Below, piece by piece: positions 50,712 through 59,343 of a DNA stretch of 64,000 nucleotides (position 1 is the first letter of the stretch; the number at the start of each line of letters is the position of its first letter). The notes beneath the pieces were generated by a model that worked only from the letters and a program-made list of their open reading frames with translations, was not told the DNA's origin and did no database searches. The translations under genes were made by a program, and so were the position numbers. The stretch is from an uncultured bacterium (GTDB lineage Bacteria > Krumholzibacteriota > Krumholzibacteriia > Krumholzibacteriales > Krumholzibacteriaceae). The DNA lies in assembly GCA_965371515.1 (NCBI GenBank), contig CBDUYR010000010.1:1-64000 (forward strand), written 5' to 3'.

Positions 50712-52103
50712 ATGCTGATAGACTCCCACGCGCATCTCGACATGGAGCAATTCGACGGCGACCGTAAGGAGACGATAAGCCGCGCGCTCGAGGCGGGCGT
50801 CGGCGAGATCCTCAACGTGGGGTATGACAGATCGACTATAGATTCAACGCTGCGGCTTGCCGACGAGCACGGATCGATCTGGGCGGCCCTCGGGATACAC
50901 CCGCACAATGCATCCGACTGGGACGAGGCGCTCGAGGAAAAACTCAAGCAGCTCCTCCTGCGCCGTAAGGTCCTGGCCGTCGGCGAGATCGGGCTCGATT
51001 ACTACAGGGACATCTCGCCGCGGGAGAAGCAGAGGGAGGTGTTCAGGAAGCAGATCGGTATAGCCCTGTATTTCGGCAAGCCGATCGTGGTTCACTGCCG
51101 CGATGCCTTCGATGACGTCATCGGAATCCTCCGCGAGGAGGGAGCGTCGGAGGTGGGCGGGATCTTCCACGCCTTCTCCGGGGGTGAACGCGAGGCGGAG
51201 ACCGTCCTCGGCCTGGGATTCCTCATCGGCATCGGCGGCCCCCTGACATACAGGAACTCGAAGCTGCCCGAGGTGGCCCTGAGGCTCCCGTCGAGCGCCT
51301 TTGTCCTCGAGACCGACAGCCCCTATCTGCCGCCCGAGCCATACCGGGGCAAGCGCAATGAACCTGCCTATGTCCGTATAGTCGCCGGGAAGATGGCCGA
51401 GCTGCGCGGCGTAAGCGTGGAGGACATCGAGAGGGCCTCGGAGACGAACTACAGGCGCCTGCTCCACGGCGAGAAAGATTTTCCGATCTCGATCGCCTAT
51501 GGGCTCAAAAAGAGCGTATACATAAACGTCACGGCGAGCTGTACCAACGACTGCGTCTTCTGTCCGCGGCTGAGGACCGACAGCTATCTCTACGGATACA
51601 ACCTCAATCTGATCTCCGACCCGACAGTCGAGGAGATGGTCGATGCTGCGAACGCGGTTCTCGCCGACGGAGATTACGGAGAGATCGTATTCTGCGGATA
51701 CGGGGAGCCGACGGCGCGAATGAAGGACCTTGCCGCCGCCGCACGGGGGCTGAAGTCGCATGATCTGCCGATGCGCCTCAACACGAACGGGCACGGAAAC
51801 ATGATAAACAGGCGGGACATAGTGCCCGAGCTGGCCGGGCTCTTCGAGAGGATATCGATAAGCCTCAACGCCCCCGACGCCGGGACATACGTGATGGTAT
51901 GCAGGCCCGATGCCGGGGAGAAGGCCTTCGCGGCGGTCGTCGATTTTATCGGAAGGGCCGCCTCCTCGGAGATGGAATGCGCCGTGTCGGCCCTCGACTA
52001 CCCCGAGGTCGATATAGAGGCGACCCGGGCGCTTGTCGAATCGATTCCGGGGACACGTTTCAGGGCAAGGAAATATCATCTGGTCTCCCCGGTCGTGACC
52101 TGA
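50712..52103 (+). CDS. TatD-family nuclease fused to a TatD-associated radical SAM domain
   Basis: DSHAHL, GEIGLDY, ETDSPYL and RGKRNEP, then CTNDCVFC, VFCGYGEP and RLNTNG. Confidence 0.92.
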   Translation: MLIDSHAHLDMEQFDGDRKETISRALEAGVGEILNVGYDRSTIDSTLRLADEHGSIWAALGIHPHNASDWDEALEEKLKQLLLRRKVLAVGEIGLDYYRDISPREKQREVFRKQIGIALYFGKPIVVHCRDAFDDVIGILREEGASEVGGIFHAFSGGEREAETVLGLGFLIGIGGPLTYRNSKLPEVALRLPSSAFVLETDSPYLPPEPYRGKRNEPAYVRIVAGKMAELRGVSVEDIERASETNYRRLLHGEKDFPISIAYGLKKSVYINVTASCTNDCVFCPRLRTDSYLYGYNLNLISDPTVEEMVDAANAVLADGDYGEIVFCGYGEPTARMKDLAAAARGLKSHDLPMRLNTNGHGNMINRRDIVPELAGLFERISISLNAPDAGTYVMVCRPDAGEKAFAAVVDFIGRAASSEMECAVSALDYPEVDIEATRALVESIPGTRFRARKYHLVSPVVT

Positions 52104-52116
52104 GAGGGAGCGGGCC

Positions 52117-52932
52117 ATGAAGAACGAACGGCGGCCGGCAAAAAAAAGCCTCGGGCAGAATTTTCTCGTCTCCGACGGAGCGGTGAAAAAGATAGCCTCG
52201 GCCGTTACGGCCGATGACGGCCTCCCCGTATTCGAGATAGGACCCGGGAAAGGGGCCCTGACCGTCCCGATTGCCGCAGGCGGCACGCAAATTGCGGCAT
52301 TCGAGATCGACGAGGCGCTGGCGGAGGAGGCCGCCGGACGGCTCGAGGGGCTCGACAACGCCGAGATCGTCCTCGCCGACATCCGCGGGGTAGATCTCGA
52401 CGCCGAGGCGGCCGGCAGGGGATGGGATGGATACGCCCTTGCGGGCAACATACCGTATCTGCTCACGAGCACCATACTGCTCGGCCTGCCGTCCCTCGAG
52501 AGATGCCGCAGGGCGGTGATCATGGTCCAGAAGGAGGTGGGCGAGAGGGTACTCGCCGCACCCGGGAGCCGCAACAGCGGGATCCTGCCGGTCTATCTCC
52601 AGTCGTACCTCGAAATAAAAAAGGTGATGACGCTGAAACCCGGCTCGTTTCGACCGAAGCCGAAAGTGGACAGTATTGTCCTTATTTTTGTTCCTGTGAG
52701 CCGTGAAAATGCCCCCGGAGACCATAAGGGTTTCCTCTTATTTCTGAAATCGGCGTTTTCGCAGAGGAGAAAGAAGCTGACGAACGCCCTCAAGAATATC
52801 CCCGGCATCCCGGGAAGGGTGGAGCTGGAGAAGCTCTCCGGGGTAGACCTCGGCTGCAGACCCGAAGAGCTCTGCCTGGAGGAATGGTTCGCGCTGTTCG
52901 CCGCGGCGAGAGGGTGCGAATACGATAGATGA
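52117..52932 (+). CDS. rsmA: 16S rRNA adenine dimethyltransferase RsmA/KsgA
   Basis: KKSLGQNFL, EIGPGKG, GNIPY, MVQKEV and F.QRRK. Confidence 0.95.
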   Translation: MKNERRPAKKSLGQNFLVSDGAVKKIASAVTADDGLPVFEIGPGKGALTVPIAAGGTQIAAFEIDEALAEEAAGRLEGLDNAEIVLADIRGVDLDAEAAGRGWDGYALAGNIPYLLTSTILLGLPSLERCRRAVIMVQKEVGERVLAAPGSRNSGILPVYLQSYLEIKKVMTLKPGSFRPKPKVDSIVLIFVPVSRENAPGDHKGFLLFLKSAFSQRRKKLTNALKNIPGIPGRVELEKLSGVDLGCRPEELCLEEWFALFAAARGCEYDR

Positions 52933-54977
52933 AGAAAGCCGCCTGCATATCCTTCATCTTCCTGGCGGCCGCCATTCTGGTGGCGGGGCCGGCGCACGCC
53001 GGAGCAGCGGATTCCACCAGCCTGGCGGCAGGCGACTCGACTGCCGCAGCGCCCTCCGACACTACGGCGAAGAGCAGCGGGGGGTCGTCCGGCCTGATGG
53101 TCGACCAGGAAACGGAGGTTCAGGACGGCGAGCAGGAGGCGGAGGAAGATTCGACGCAGACTTCCTGGGTCCTGCCGGTATGGAAGACCGCGTATAAGGC
53201 GACCGAGAGCGCGTACAGCCTGGGAACGAATATGTCGCTGGCATTCAAACCGGGCGGCGGATGGCGCGGCTTGAGCAGCATTAATATAACCAAGCGGGAC
53301 TACCGCGGCAGGGACATGTCGGACATCAACGAGAGGTTCAATAATTCAGCGATCAAGCTCGTCCCCAATCTCTACAACTTAAATCTTGCCATAGGACAGG
53401 ACTACCTCAGGCAGAAGGCGGTCGGCCTCGCGCGCTCGGGCGGCGACATGGTGATCGAGAACAAGTTCCTTAATGCGGGGTTCACGTGGGAGCGCCCCCA
53501 GTTCCGGGCGAAGATGTCACGTTTCGGCGCAAAGGGAAGGATCGGGGGGGGACAGAACGATTTCAAGTACGACAACAACTTTCAGGCCAGCGCGAGCGGG
53601 TATCTCCTGTACGGGATCGCCTCGGACCTCGATATCGGGGGCGGGTACGGCATCTGGCGCAGGACCGAGGACAGCGACGTGAGCGGGCGGAAGTTCGAGA
53701 ACATGCCCAGCGATATGGATACGATCACGGCAAAGGTGAGGTGGGGCAAGGAGGAATTCAAGCTCCTCCACCTCAACTACCAGAGGACGGTAGGCGTCGT
53801 CAGGAAGGTAAACCCTCCCCGCGGAAACTCGCTCGAGGTCATAGAGAATCCCGACCTCGCACAGATGGAAAAGTCGAGCATGAAGACGGAGACGATCCTC
53901 GCCAAGTCGAGGATCCAGCCGGCAGGCAACCTCACTATCGACTTCGAATTTCTCCGGGATTACTACAACCAGCAGAACGTGGTGGACGAAAGGCTCTCGA
54001 AGGAGACCGAGCTGAAAAAAATCGGGGCCAAGGCGGGCTACCGGTATCTGGAAAGCGGCCGCGCCGAGTTCGTGATCGAGAGGAGGGAGAACGACGTCGA
54101 CTACGGCCCCGTCTCACTCTCGAGTTATCTCGAGAAGGAGCGCACGATCAAGGTCTCGCTGACACAAGACATCAGCGATTCGGTGCGGGTCTCGCTGAGG
54201 GGATCCGGGTCGCTCAAACAGAGGTATTACCGCAAGAAGGATGCTAACCCGCGCGATGCGGACTACCTCTATTACTCCTTATTTGCCGACCTCGACGCCG
54301 GGCTTCCGCTTAACATAAGGGCCGGGGTGAAGTTCACGTACAAACAGTACGAGACGATAAATATAGACAGGTCGCTCTCGGGTGACAACAGGACGGATTT
54401 CACCTACTGGGTGGTGCCGAGATTTACCCTGATTCCAGCGGACTGGTTCGAGATCGGGCAGGATTACGAGATCAAGATGGAGTTCACAGACTTTACCTTC
54501 AAAGAGAACGAGAACTTTCTCGACCGCACGACGATCATGAGCACACACGCGAAGTTCAGGTTCCTCAGGTCACATCTCGGCATCAAGCACAGATACCAGT
54601 TTATTGATTCGGGCAGCTACCTCAGCCCGCCCGACGGCAGCGAGAGGCTCTACGGGAGAACGAACGAGAGCTTCGAGCACAGGTTCGATTTCAGGTACGA
54701 ATATATGCCCGTGAAGGAGTTTACCCTCTTCAACTACTCGAACTACAGGATTCAGGAGAGCAATCGGCTCGGAGAGGTTGATGGAGAGATGGGCGTCGTC
54801 AGCACGAGGCATTACGACTCCGGCCAGATGACGCTGGGATTCAGCAGAACAACGAAAGTGACGGATTCGGGGAAGATAGACCTCAATGTAGGATGGGTGA
54901 GGAGGTTCGGACCCAATCTCACCAAGGAGCGAAGAGAGTTCTGGGAGATCGACATGAACGTGGAGATAAAATTCTAG
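52929..54977 (+). CDS. Hypothetical outer-membrane beta-barrel protein
   Basis: Signal peptide ending AHA; alternating aromatic/polar beta-strand patterns; C-terminal ...MNVEIKF (BAM beta-signal-like). Confidence 0.65.
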   Translation: MKKAACISFIFLAAAILVAGPAHAGAADSTSLAAGDSTAAAPSDTTAKSSGGSSGLMVDQETEVQDGEQEAEEDSTQTSWVLPVWKTAYKATESAYSLGTNMSLAFKPGGGWRGLSSINITKRDYRGRDMSDINERFNNSAIKLVPNLYNLNLAIGQDYLRQKAVGLARSGGDMVIENKFLNAGFTWERPQFRAKMSRFGAKGRIGGGQNDFKYDNNFQASASGYLLYGIASDLDIGGGYGIWRRTEDSDVSGRKFENMPSDMDTITAKVRWGKEEFKLLHLNYQRTVGVVRKVNPPRGNSLEVIENPDLAQMEKSSMKTETILAKSRIQPAGNLTIDFEFLRDYYNQQNVVDERLSKETELKKIGAKAGYRYLESGRAEFVIERRENDVDYGPVSLSSYLEKERTIKVSLTQDISDSVRVSLRGSGSLKQRYYRKKDANPRDADYLYYSLFADLDAGLPLNIRAGVKFTYKQYETINIDRSLSGDNRTDFTYWVVPRFTLIPADWFEIGQDYEIKMEFTDFTFKENENFLDRTTIMSTHAKFRFLRSHLGIKHRYQFIDSGSYLSPPDGSERLYGRTNESFEHRFDFRYEYMPVKEFTLFNYSNYRIQESNRLGEVDGEMGVVSTRHYDSGQMTLGFSRTTKVTDSGKIDLNVGWVRRFGPNLTKERREFWEIDMNVEIKF

Positions 54978-54986
54978 GAGCTGATC

Positions 54987-55577
54987 ATGAAGAGAGCAGC
55001 AATAACAACACTGGTTCTGGCGGCCGTACTGGCTGGAGGGGGATGCCTCTTCGAACCGAGAGAGGCGCTGCCGCCGCTCGACGAGGGCGAGGGGGACTGG
55101 GTCACCCCGAAGACGCCGAAGGACGTATTCCTCAATCTCGCAACGGGGATGTCGTCCGCCGGAAACTCGAACTACGAGAGAAGTCTCGCCGACGAGTTCA
55201 CCTTTATCCCGAGGGACCAGGACAGGAACTCGTTCCCGGCGGGCACCTTCGATAACTGGACGAAGGCGGTGGAGATGGATGTCCTGACGAGGATCAAGGG
55301 TGACTACCAGGGGGAGAGGGTGGCGACGTACGGAGACGAGAATGGCAACTTCCCGAAGGAGGACATCCAGGTCGGATGGGCCGAGTTCGAGGGGCCGTAC
55401 AGGTGGACTCTCGACCGGGGCGATGGCTCGGAGCCGGAGATCTATTCCGGCACGGCGAGGTTCTTCATCCTGGAGGGGACCTCGGGTTGGGTGCTCGTGA
55501 AATGGGAAGATGTTGATGTCATAGAGACTTACCCCACGTCCGGAAACCTCAGGGGTACCTTCCGGGCGGCCAGCTGA
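54987..55577 (+). CDS. Hypothetical lipoprotein
   Basis: AGGAG RBS; signal peptide with GGGC lipobox; PKTPKDVFLNL...NYERSLADEFTF. Confidence 0.75.
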   Translation: MKRAAITTLVLAAVLAGGGCLFEPREALPPLDEGEGDWVTPKTPKDVFLNLATGMSSAGNSNYERSLADEFTFIPRDQDRNSFPAGTFDNWTKAVEMDVLTRIKGDYQGERVATYGDENGNFPKEDIQVGWAEFEGPYRWTLDRGDGSEPEIYSGTARFFILEGTSGWVLVKWEDVDVIETYPTSGNLRGTFRAAS

Positions 55578-55589
55578 GGGAATGGCAGC

Positions 55590-55649
55590 TGTGAGATATA
55601 TCTCAAGACGAACGCCAGCCTTGCAAAAACGGACGGGATGTGCTAATAT
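55590..55649 (+). promoter_or_regulatory. CRP/FNR-like site plus sigma70 promoter
   Basis: TGTGA-GATATA-TCTCA at 55590-55605; TTGCAA-17 nt-TAATAT at 55621-55649. Confidence 0.5.
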
Positions 55650-55669
55650 TTATGACTGGAGGTATGTAT

Positions 55670-56245
55670 ATGCGTAGAAGTTTATTCAAAACAGCCTTAC
55701 CCCTGTTGTTGATCACAGTGATGCTAGCTTCACCGTCATGTATCTTTGACCCAAAGGAAGATCCGTTGATCCCGCCGGTAGTTCCGGTCGAGTGGCCGGA
55801 TATGACCGATCGAGACGACGTCATCAAGACGACCGTTCTCTGTTACGAGAATCCCAGGGATGGCGCGGATGCGAAGTACAACGCTCTTCTCCACGGCCTG
55901 TACCGCTTCACGTTCCACAAAGACGATATTGATCCGGAGATAGGCCCGATATTCACCAGACCGCTGGACATCGAATCGACCGAGTGGATCTTCAGGGAAA
56001 ACACGATGCTTGAGCTCACGATCACGGAGACCGGGTCGTGGTACGAGTACCCGGAGATTGGCGGAGAGCCGTGCGATAACTGCTGGGAGACCACAAGGCA
56101 GTATTTCATCCGGGCCCAGTTCGGGGATGAGACGACGATCTTCCAGAGTCCTCCCGAGAGGGCCTTCGTGATGATTATCGTCGCGCCCGATGAGAACGAC
56201 GCGACCAAGTGGGTGCTGAGAGCGATGTTCGACCTCGGTATCTGA
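55670..56245 (+). CDS. Hypothetical lipoprotein, paralogue A
   Basis: GGAGGT RBS; signal peptide ending SPSC; strong similarity to 56652-57215. Confidence 0.8.
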   Translation: MRRSLFKTALPLLLITVMLASPSCIFDPKEDPLIPPVVPVEWPDMTDRDDVIKTTVLCYENPRDGADAKYNALLHGLYRFTFHKDDIDPEIGPIFTRPLDIESTEWIFRENTMLELTITETGSWYEYPEIGGEPCDNCWETTRQYFIRAQFGDETTIFQSPPERAFVMIIVAPDENDATKWVLRAMFDLGI

Positions 56246-56268
56246 CGAAGCTGAAGAAAACGGACGAC

Positions 56269-56298
56269 AAAAGCCCCCTGCATCGCAGGGGGCTTTTT
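56269..56298 (+). terminator. Intrinsic terminator after paralogue A
   Basis: AAAAGCCCCCTGC-ATC-GCAGGGGGCTTTTT. Confidence 0.88.
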
Positions 56299-56346
56299 CA
56301 TGCCCGGCCAGGGTTTGCGCCCCGCGAAGCCGGCCGTATCTCCCCC

Positions 56347-56553
56347 GGCGTATGGCATGAGCTCTGCGATTACGAGGAGATGCCGTGCGAGGGCTGCTGG
56401 ACGACAACGAGAAAGCACATGATCATCGCCCAGTTCGGCGAGTCGGGACGGATACTCAGGGGAAACGATACCGTCGTGATAATAGTCGTTCCCGATGCCA
56501 ACTTCCCCGAACGGTTCGTCATCAGGGCGATGAATGACGTAGACGACGGCTGA
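56347..56553 (+). pseudogene. 5'-truncated third copy of the lipoprotein family
   Basis: GVWHE..PCEGCWTTTRKHMIIAQFGE...IIVVPDAN...VIRAMND aligns with the C-terminal third of A and B; no signal peptide or RBS. Confidence 0.75.
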
Positions 56554-56568
56554 TCCGGTTTCCGGGAT

Positions 56569-56611
56569 TCCGGCGCGGGCGATTGAATCCGCGCCGGATT
56601 TCTGTTATAGT
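56569..56611 (+). promoter_or_regulatory. Hairpin overlapping the sigma70 promoter of paralogue B
   Basis: Stem TCCGGCGCGG/CCGCGCCGGA; TTGAAT-17 nt-TATAGT with extended TGn. Confidence 0.6.
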
Positions 56612-56651
56612 GCACCGGTCATATTTCAGGAATCCGCAAGGAGGAGAGAGC

Positions 56652-57215
56652 GTGCAGAGAAGATTATCGATATTGCTGCTGGTCGCTGCGGCGATCATGA
56701 TGCTGGCGTCGTGCGGCGACGACCCGCAGAGCCCGATTGAAAAGGACGACGAAATACCTTGGCCCGCTATGAGCGACCGGGACGATGTCATCGAGACGGT
56801 CGTCCTATGTTACGAAAATCCCAAGGAGGGCACTTCGGAGGCAAAGTATAACGCTCTTCTCCACTCCCAGTACTTCTTCAAGTTTCACGAGGACGACGTT
56901 CCGCCGGGCGACTCCCCGATTATGACAAGGGCGGAAGACATCATGTCGACCGAGTGGCTGTTTGAAATCCAGACGATGCTTGAGCTCACCATCACCGAGG
57001 CCGGGTCGTGGTACGAGTACCCGGAGATCGACGGAGAGCCGTGCGATAATTGCTGGGAGACGACGAGGGAGTATTTCATCAGGGTCCAGTTCGGGGACGA
57101 TACGACGATTTACCAGAGTCCTCCCGCGCGGGCCTATGTTGTGGTAATCGTCGCGCCCGACGAGAATGACTCCTCGAAGTGGGTGCTTCGAGCGATGTTC
57201 GACCTCGGTATCTGA
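56652..57215 (+). CDS. Hypothetical lipoprotein, paralogue B
   Basis: GTG 56652 after AGGAGGAG; lipobox LASC; WPAMSDRDDVI...PCDNCW...RAMFDLGI. Confidence 0.82.
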   Translation: MQRRLSILLLVAAAIMMLASCGDDPQSPIEKDDEIPWPAMSDRDDVIETVVLCYENPKEGTSEAKYNALLHSQYFFKFHEDDVPPGDSPIMTRAEDIMSTEWLFEIQTMLELTITEAGSWYEYPEIDGEPCDNCWETTREYFIRVQFGDDTTIYQSPPARAYVVVIVAPDENDSSKWVLRAMFDLGI

Positions 57216-57254
57216 CGGCGCCCGGCACCGCGCCGCCGCATAATACCCGCCTTC

Positions 57255-57284
57255 TTGACAGCAGGTATCTCGCCCGCATATAGT
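57255..57284 (+). promoter_or_regulatory. sigma70 promoter for deacetylase-pdxJ
   Basis: TTGACA-18 nt-TATAGT. Confidence 0.6.
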
Positions 57285-57337
57285 ACTCCTGCATTTGGCG
57301 GCGCGCGGCTGCCCGATAACATTCATCACGGGGCGAC

Positions 57338-58516
57338 ATGGCCGGCAGGAAGACAAAAAAGAAGACGACACGAAAAAAGAAGAGCGCCGGCGCCGGGCTG
57401 GGCAGGCTGGCGCTGCTGCTTGCCGCTGCCACGATCGTCTTTTTCGCGATGGTCAAGTATGCCGATACGCCCCGCGGACGGATCTTCCTCCTCGATCTCG
57501 GATTCGACAGATACTACGCCGAGATACAGTCCGGCATCGGCGATCTGATAGTGAAGGGAGCGTCGGAGGCGGGCATGCCCCGGGGGGCGATCGCCTTCTC
57601 GAGCGAAGACGATCCCGAACAAAGCGGCTCTGTGGCAGTGATCAAGGGCGACTTGCCCGCAGAACGGTCGCTCCTGAGGCTCAATGTCGCGATAGACAGG
57701 GCCGTGAGAGGGAGCGGCGGACGCGTACGGACGTGCGTCGAGAAAAGGGCTGCCCGCGTCATCGAGATGGAGATAGGGACACGCCGCACAGTCACTCACA
57801 GATGTGTATTCAGGATCGGCAAGAGGGCGGCGAGGGAGACGACCGGAACGACCGGCCCCGCCATCGCCGTGATAGTCGATGACTTCGGATATTTCAACAA
57901 CAGACTGGTCAGGGAATTTCTCGCGCTCGAGGTGCCGTTCACCGTCTCGGTAATACCGGGCCTGAAGCACTCGGAGACGATCTGCCGGCAGGCGAGGGAA
58001 GCGGGCAAGGAAGTGATTTGCCACCTGCCGATGGAACCCGAGAAGGACGGCGGCGACCAGGGCGAAATCCCCCTCGTGAGGACGGCGATGAGCGGCCGGG
58101 AGATAGAACGGATAGTCGAAAAAGCGCTCGAATCGACGCCCGGTGTGATAGGCATGAACAACCACATGGGATCGAAGGCGACGGCGGACATACGCGTGAT
58201 GAAATCGGTGATGAAGGTCTGCCGCAGAAAGAGACTCTTCTTCGTCGACAGTTACACGACGGCGAAGTCGGTGACCGCCGAGGCGGCGGAGAAGGTGGGC
58301 GTAAAGACCCTGCGAAACGACCTCTTCCTCGACAACAGGGGGGAGGATGTCAGGGAGAATATGCGCAAGATCATATCAATCGCCTCGCGCAAAGGCAGAG
58401 TGACGGCTATAATGCACGTACGGAGGGGGAACGCAGATCATCTTCGGTGGCTCGCCGAAGAGGCGGAGAGAGAGGGAGTAAGGATAATCAGGCTTTCGGA
58501 TATGATGGGGAGCTGA
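57338..58516 (+). CDS. Divergent polysaccharide deacetylase family protein (YibQ-like)
   Basis: IAVIVDDFG, HLPMEP, GMNNHMGS, FVDSYT and NDLFLDN. Confidence 0.9.
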   Translation: MAGRKTKKKTTRKKKSAGAGLGRLALLLAAATIVFFAMVKYADTPRGRIFLLDLGFDRYYAEIQSGIGDLIVKGASEAGMPRGAIAFSSEDDPEQSGSVAVIKGDLPAERSLLRLNVAIDRAVRGSGGRVRTCVEKRAARVIEMEIGTRRTVTHRCVFRIGKRAARETTGTTGPAIAVIVDDFGYFNNRLVREFLALEVPFTVSVIPGLKHSETICRQAREAGKEVICHLPMEPEKDGGDQGEIPLVRTAMSGREIERIVEKALESTPGVIGMNNHMGSKATADIRVMKSVMKVCRRKRLFFVDSYTTAKSVTAEAAEKVGVKTLRNDLFLDNRGEDVRENMRKIISIASRKGRVTAIMHVRRGNADHLRWLAEEAEREGVRIIRLSDMMGS

Positions 58517-58546
58517 GGCGTCCCCGGGAGAAAAGGGAGGTCAGGA

Positions 58547-59266
58547 GTGAACAGGCTGAGGCTGGGAGTCAACATCGACCATGTCGCCACCCTGAGAGAG
58601 GCGAGAAAGACGACAGAGCCCGATCCCGTTACCGCGGCGATGCTCGCCGAGATGGGAGGGGCCGACCAGGTGACCTTTCACCTTAGAGAGGACAGGCGGC
58701 ACATACAGAACCGCGACGCGAGGCTGATCTGTGAGATGGCGCAGACGATGGTAAATCTCGAGATGGCGGCGACGCCGGAGATGCAGGAGATCGCGCTGGC
58801 GATGAGTCCCGATTGCGCCACTCTCGTACCGGAGAAGCGCGAAGAGGTCACGACCGAGGGAGGTCTCAACCTGCTGAGGGAGAGCGATAGATATGCGGCG
58901 ACGGTGAAGGCCCTGAAGGATGGCGGAATCAGGACCGCAGCGTTCATCGGGCCGGACCAGGCGCAGATAAAGGCGGCGGCGAAGCTCGGGTTCGACGCGA
59001 TAGAGATACATACGGGCGAATACGCCAACGCGTCGCGGCGGGGGCCGGGCGATACTCTGCGTGCTATCCAGGACGCGGCGACGGCGGGAAAGAGGTACGG
59101 GCTCCACGTGCACGCCGGGCACGGGCTCACCTATCACAACGTCCACCCGATCGTGCTGATCCCCGAGATAGAGGAGTTGAACATCGGGCACAGCATCATC
59201 GCACGGGCGGTGTTCGCCGGAATAGAGCAGGCCGTCTCGGAGATGGTCGCCCTGATGGTGAGGTAG
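58547..59266 (+). CDS. pdxJ: Pyridoxine 5'-phosphate synthase
   Basis: LGVNIDHVATLR, HLREDRRHI, TTEGG, HAGHGL and ELNIGH. Confidence 0.97.
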   Translation: MNRLRLGVNIDHVATLREARKTTEPDPVTAAMLAEMGGADQVTFHLREDRRHIQNRDARLICEMAQTMVNLEMAATPEMQEIALAMSPDCATLVPEKREEVTTEGGLNLLRESDRYAATVKALKDGGIRTAAFIGPDQAQIKAAAKLGFDAIEIHTGEYANASRRGPGDTLRAIQDAATAGKRYGLHVHAGHGLTYHNVHPIVLIPEIEELNIGHSIIARAVFAGIEQAVSEMVALMVR

Positions 59267-59309
59267 CGAAAAAAAATAATCAAAAAACGGATCAAATGGC
59301 CCGGGCGTG

Positions 59310-59338
59310 TTGACACGCACCGGGCCTTTGATTATCTT
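59310..59338 (+). promoter_or_regulatory. sigma70 promoter of the intergenic RNA
   Basis: TTGACA-17 nt-TATCTT; the -35 lies at the apex of the hairpin 59298-59326. Confidence 0.75.
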
Positions 59339-59343
59339 GCTTC

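Larger units (their letters stand above)
56003..57215 (+). repeat. Dispersed direct repeat (970-nt offset) from the paralogue duplication
   Basis: 56003-56245 versus 56973-57215: ungapped, 31 mismatches in 243 nt by hand count (about 87% identity). Confidence 0.9.

Noticed and set aside
55670..57215. Diversity-generating retroelement (template/variable repeat pair)
   Set aside because: Mismatches are not adenine-specific (many C/G and C/T third-position changes), both copies are intact genes, and there is no reverse transcriptase in the window
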